DNA of 35,806 nucleotides from an uncultured Alphaproteobacteria bacterium (GTDB lineage Bacteria; Pseudomonadota; Alphaproteobacteria; Rs-D84): NCBI GenBank assembly GCA_946625925.1, contig CAMOTP010000002.1, positions 1 to 35,806 of the forward strand, read 5' to 3'. Shown piece by piece: positions 35,138 to 35,806 of this stretch (position 1 is its first letter; each line of letters starts with the position of its first letter). The notes under the pieces were generated by a model. It saw only the letters and a program-made list of their open reading frames with translations, ran no database searches and was not told where the DNA came from. The position numbers and the translations under genes were made by a program.

Positions 35138-35311
35138 ATGGCAGCGGTATTAGCAATAATTTATTTAATACCAGGAATTCTAGCGGCATTATTTGGTAAA
35201 AAGCATTGGTTGGCTATACTTATGAAAGATATAGATTACACCCCAGAAGAAAAGAAACGTTTGTCAGATGCAATTCTTCAATTACGAGGTGTTGAACGCG
35301 AATATGATTAA
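35138..35311 (+). CDS. small membrane protein (57 aa), not in the ORF track
   Basis: MAAVLAIIYLIPGILAALFGKKHWLAILMKDIDYTPEEKKRLSDAILQLRGVEREYD has one N-terminal TM helix and a charged tail. It starts 10 nt after the HEPN gene stop, and the 35321..35338 terminator follows it. The SD is weak (gag). Confidence 0.4.
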   Translation: MAAVLAIIYLIPGILAALFGKKHWLAILMKDIDYTPEEKKRLSDAILQLRGVEREYD

Positions 35312-35320
35312 TAAAAAAAA

Positions 35321-35338
35321 AGACCCAGAAATGGGTCT
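35321..35338. terminator. bidirectional rho-independent terminator
   Basis: agaccca-gaaa-tgggtct flanked by A9 upstream and T5 downstream. It sits between convergent genes. Confidence 0.8.
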
Positions 35339-35345
35339 TTTTAAT

Positions 35346-35806
35346 TTATCGTGTATGACGGCCACGTTCGTTTTGTAATTTATGTTGAACGATTTTTGAC
35401 AAGTCAATAACTGTGCAATTGCCGCCGGTAAAGTATTCAAAAGAATCGTTATAACCGGATGCGATAACCGGTTGACCACGATCATCTGGAACAAAAACAT
35501 GCCCAGATTGATCTACGAAACCACGACCAATGAATATTTTGGTATGGCCAGGGAATCTTACAACAGAACCCTTGCCAATGTTTGCAAATGCGGCAGGTTC
35601 TGGATTTTCTGTAACTACACCAGCTACTTCGCCATATTGACCCTTGAAATAATTCACAAAGGAATCGCCATTATAAAGAGCATCGCGGCGACCTTCTTTC
35701 TTGTCAAATACATCAACTTTGCCGCGTTTTGCTAATCCCGAACGTCTTACTGCATCTTGGATAGCTGTTGTTGCAGCTTTGTTGCAATAGTTATAATCCA
35801 AACCGT
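35346..35806 (-). CDS. hypothetical protein, C-terminal part (open to the right window edge); possible papain-fold (NlpC/P60/CHAP/Tae4-like) Cys-His hydrolase
   Basis: The reading frame stays open to the window end. YNYCNKAATTAIQDAV (candidate nucleophile Cys at a helix start) and GSVVRFPGHTKIFIGRG (candidate His on a beta-strand) resemble the Cys…His spacing of NlpC/P60-like enzymes. This is by eye only. Confidence 0.35.
   Translation of the reverse strand, partial: GLDYNYCNKAATTAIQDAVRRSGLAKRGKVDVFDKKEGRRDALYNGDSFVNYFKGQYGEVAGVVTENPEPAAFANIGKGSVVRFPGHTKIFIGRGFVDQSGHVFVPDDRGQPVIASGYNDSFEYFTGGNCTVIDLSKIVQHKLQNERGRHTR

Noticed and set aside
32665-35345. Possibility that the two-HEPN protein is a compact Cas13-family effector
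   Set aside because: I scanned both flanks and found no direct-repeat/spacer array. The motif context is HI0074/DUF86-like, not the Cas13 HEPN context. The motifs sit mid-protein (~283 and ~481 of 757), not in a Cas13b-like terminal arrangement. I kept it as a non-CRISPR tandem-HEPN protein.

Overview
This is a visibly AT-rich Gram-negative chromosomal segment. Its gene content fits a reduced, probably host-associated proteobacterium, but I cannot assign taxonomy without a search. There are three parts.

(1) 1..9455, all on the minus strand, is an envelope and housekeeping block. It holds two GT2 glycosyltransferases, a small lipoprotein, yraN, an operon of unknown exported and membrane proteins, and then bamA-rseP-cdsA-uppS-frr.

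(2) 9496..14959 starts with a tRNA-Ala/tRNA-His pair and is followed by an accessory-looking metabolic cluster. The cluster encodes an acyl-ACP thioesterase, a TetR regulator, a YjbR protein, an alpha/beta hydrolase, a signal-peptide flavodoxin, a GNAT and a membrane protein. It is followed by rne, a YdeN-type hydrolase, a BepA-like M48/TPR protease and recG.

(3) 21139..35806 is dominated by large orphan proteins interspersed with tRNA-Lys, htpX, an Smr protein and ssb.

The two most unusual genes are in part 3. One is a ~1634-aa protein that fuses an N-terminal M48-type HExxH metalloprotease module to a C-terminal UbiB/ABC1-type atypical kinase module (25896..30800). The other is a 757-aa protein with two HI0074/DUF86-type HEPN RNase motifs (RNxxxH) in a single chain, with no MNT partner and no CRISPR array (32854..35127). 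A third item of note lies immediately downstream of bamA, where skp-lpxD-fabZ-lpxA usually sit: a virB7-like mini-lipoprotein followed by two VirB8-like bitopic proteins.

I saw no rRNA, CRISPR array, transposase or integrase. Several ORF-track starts are GTG/TTG extensions. I replaced them with internal ATGs that have clear Shine-Dalgarno sequences.
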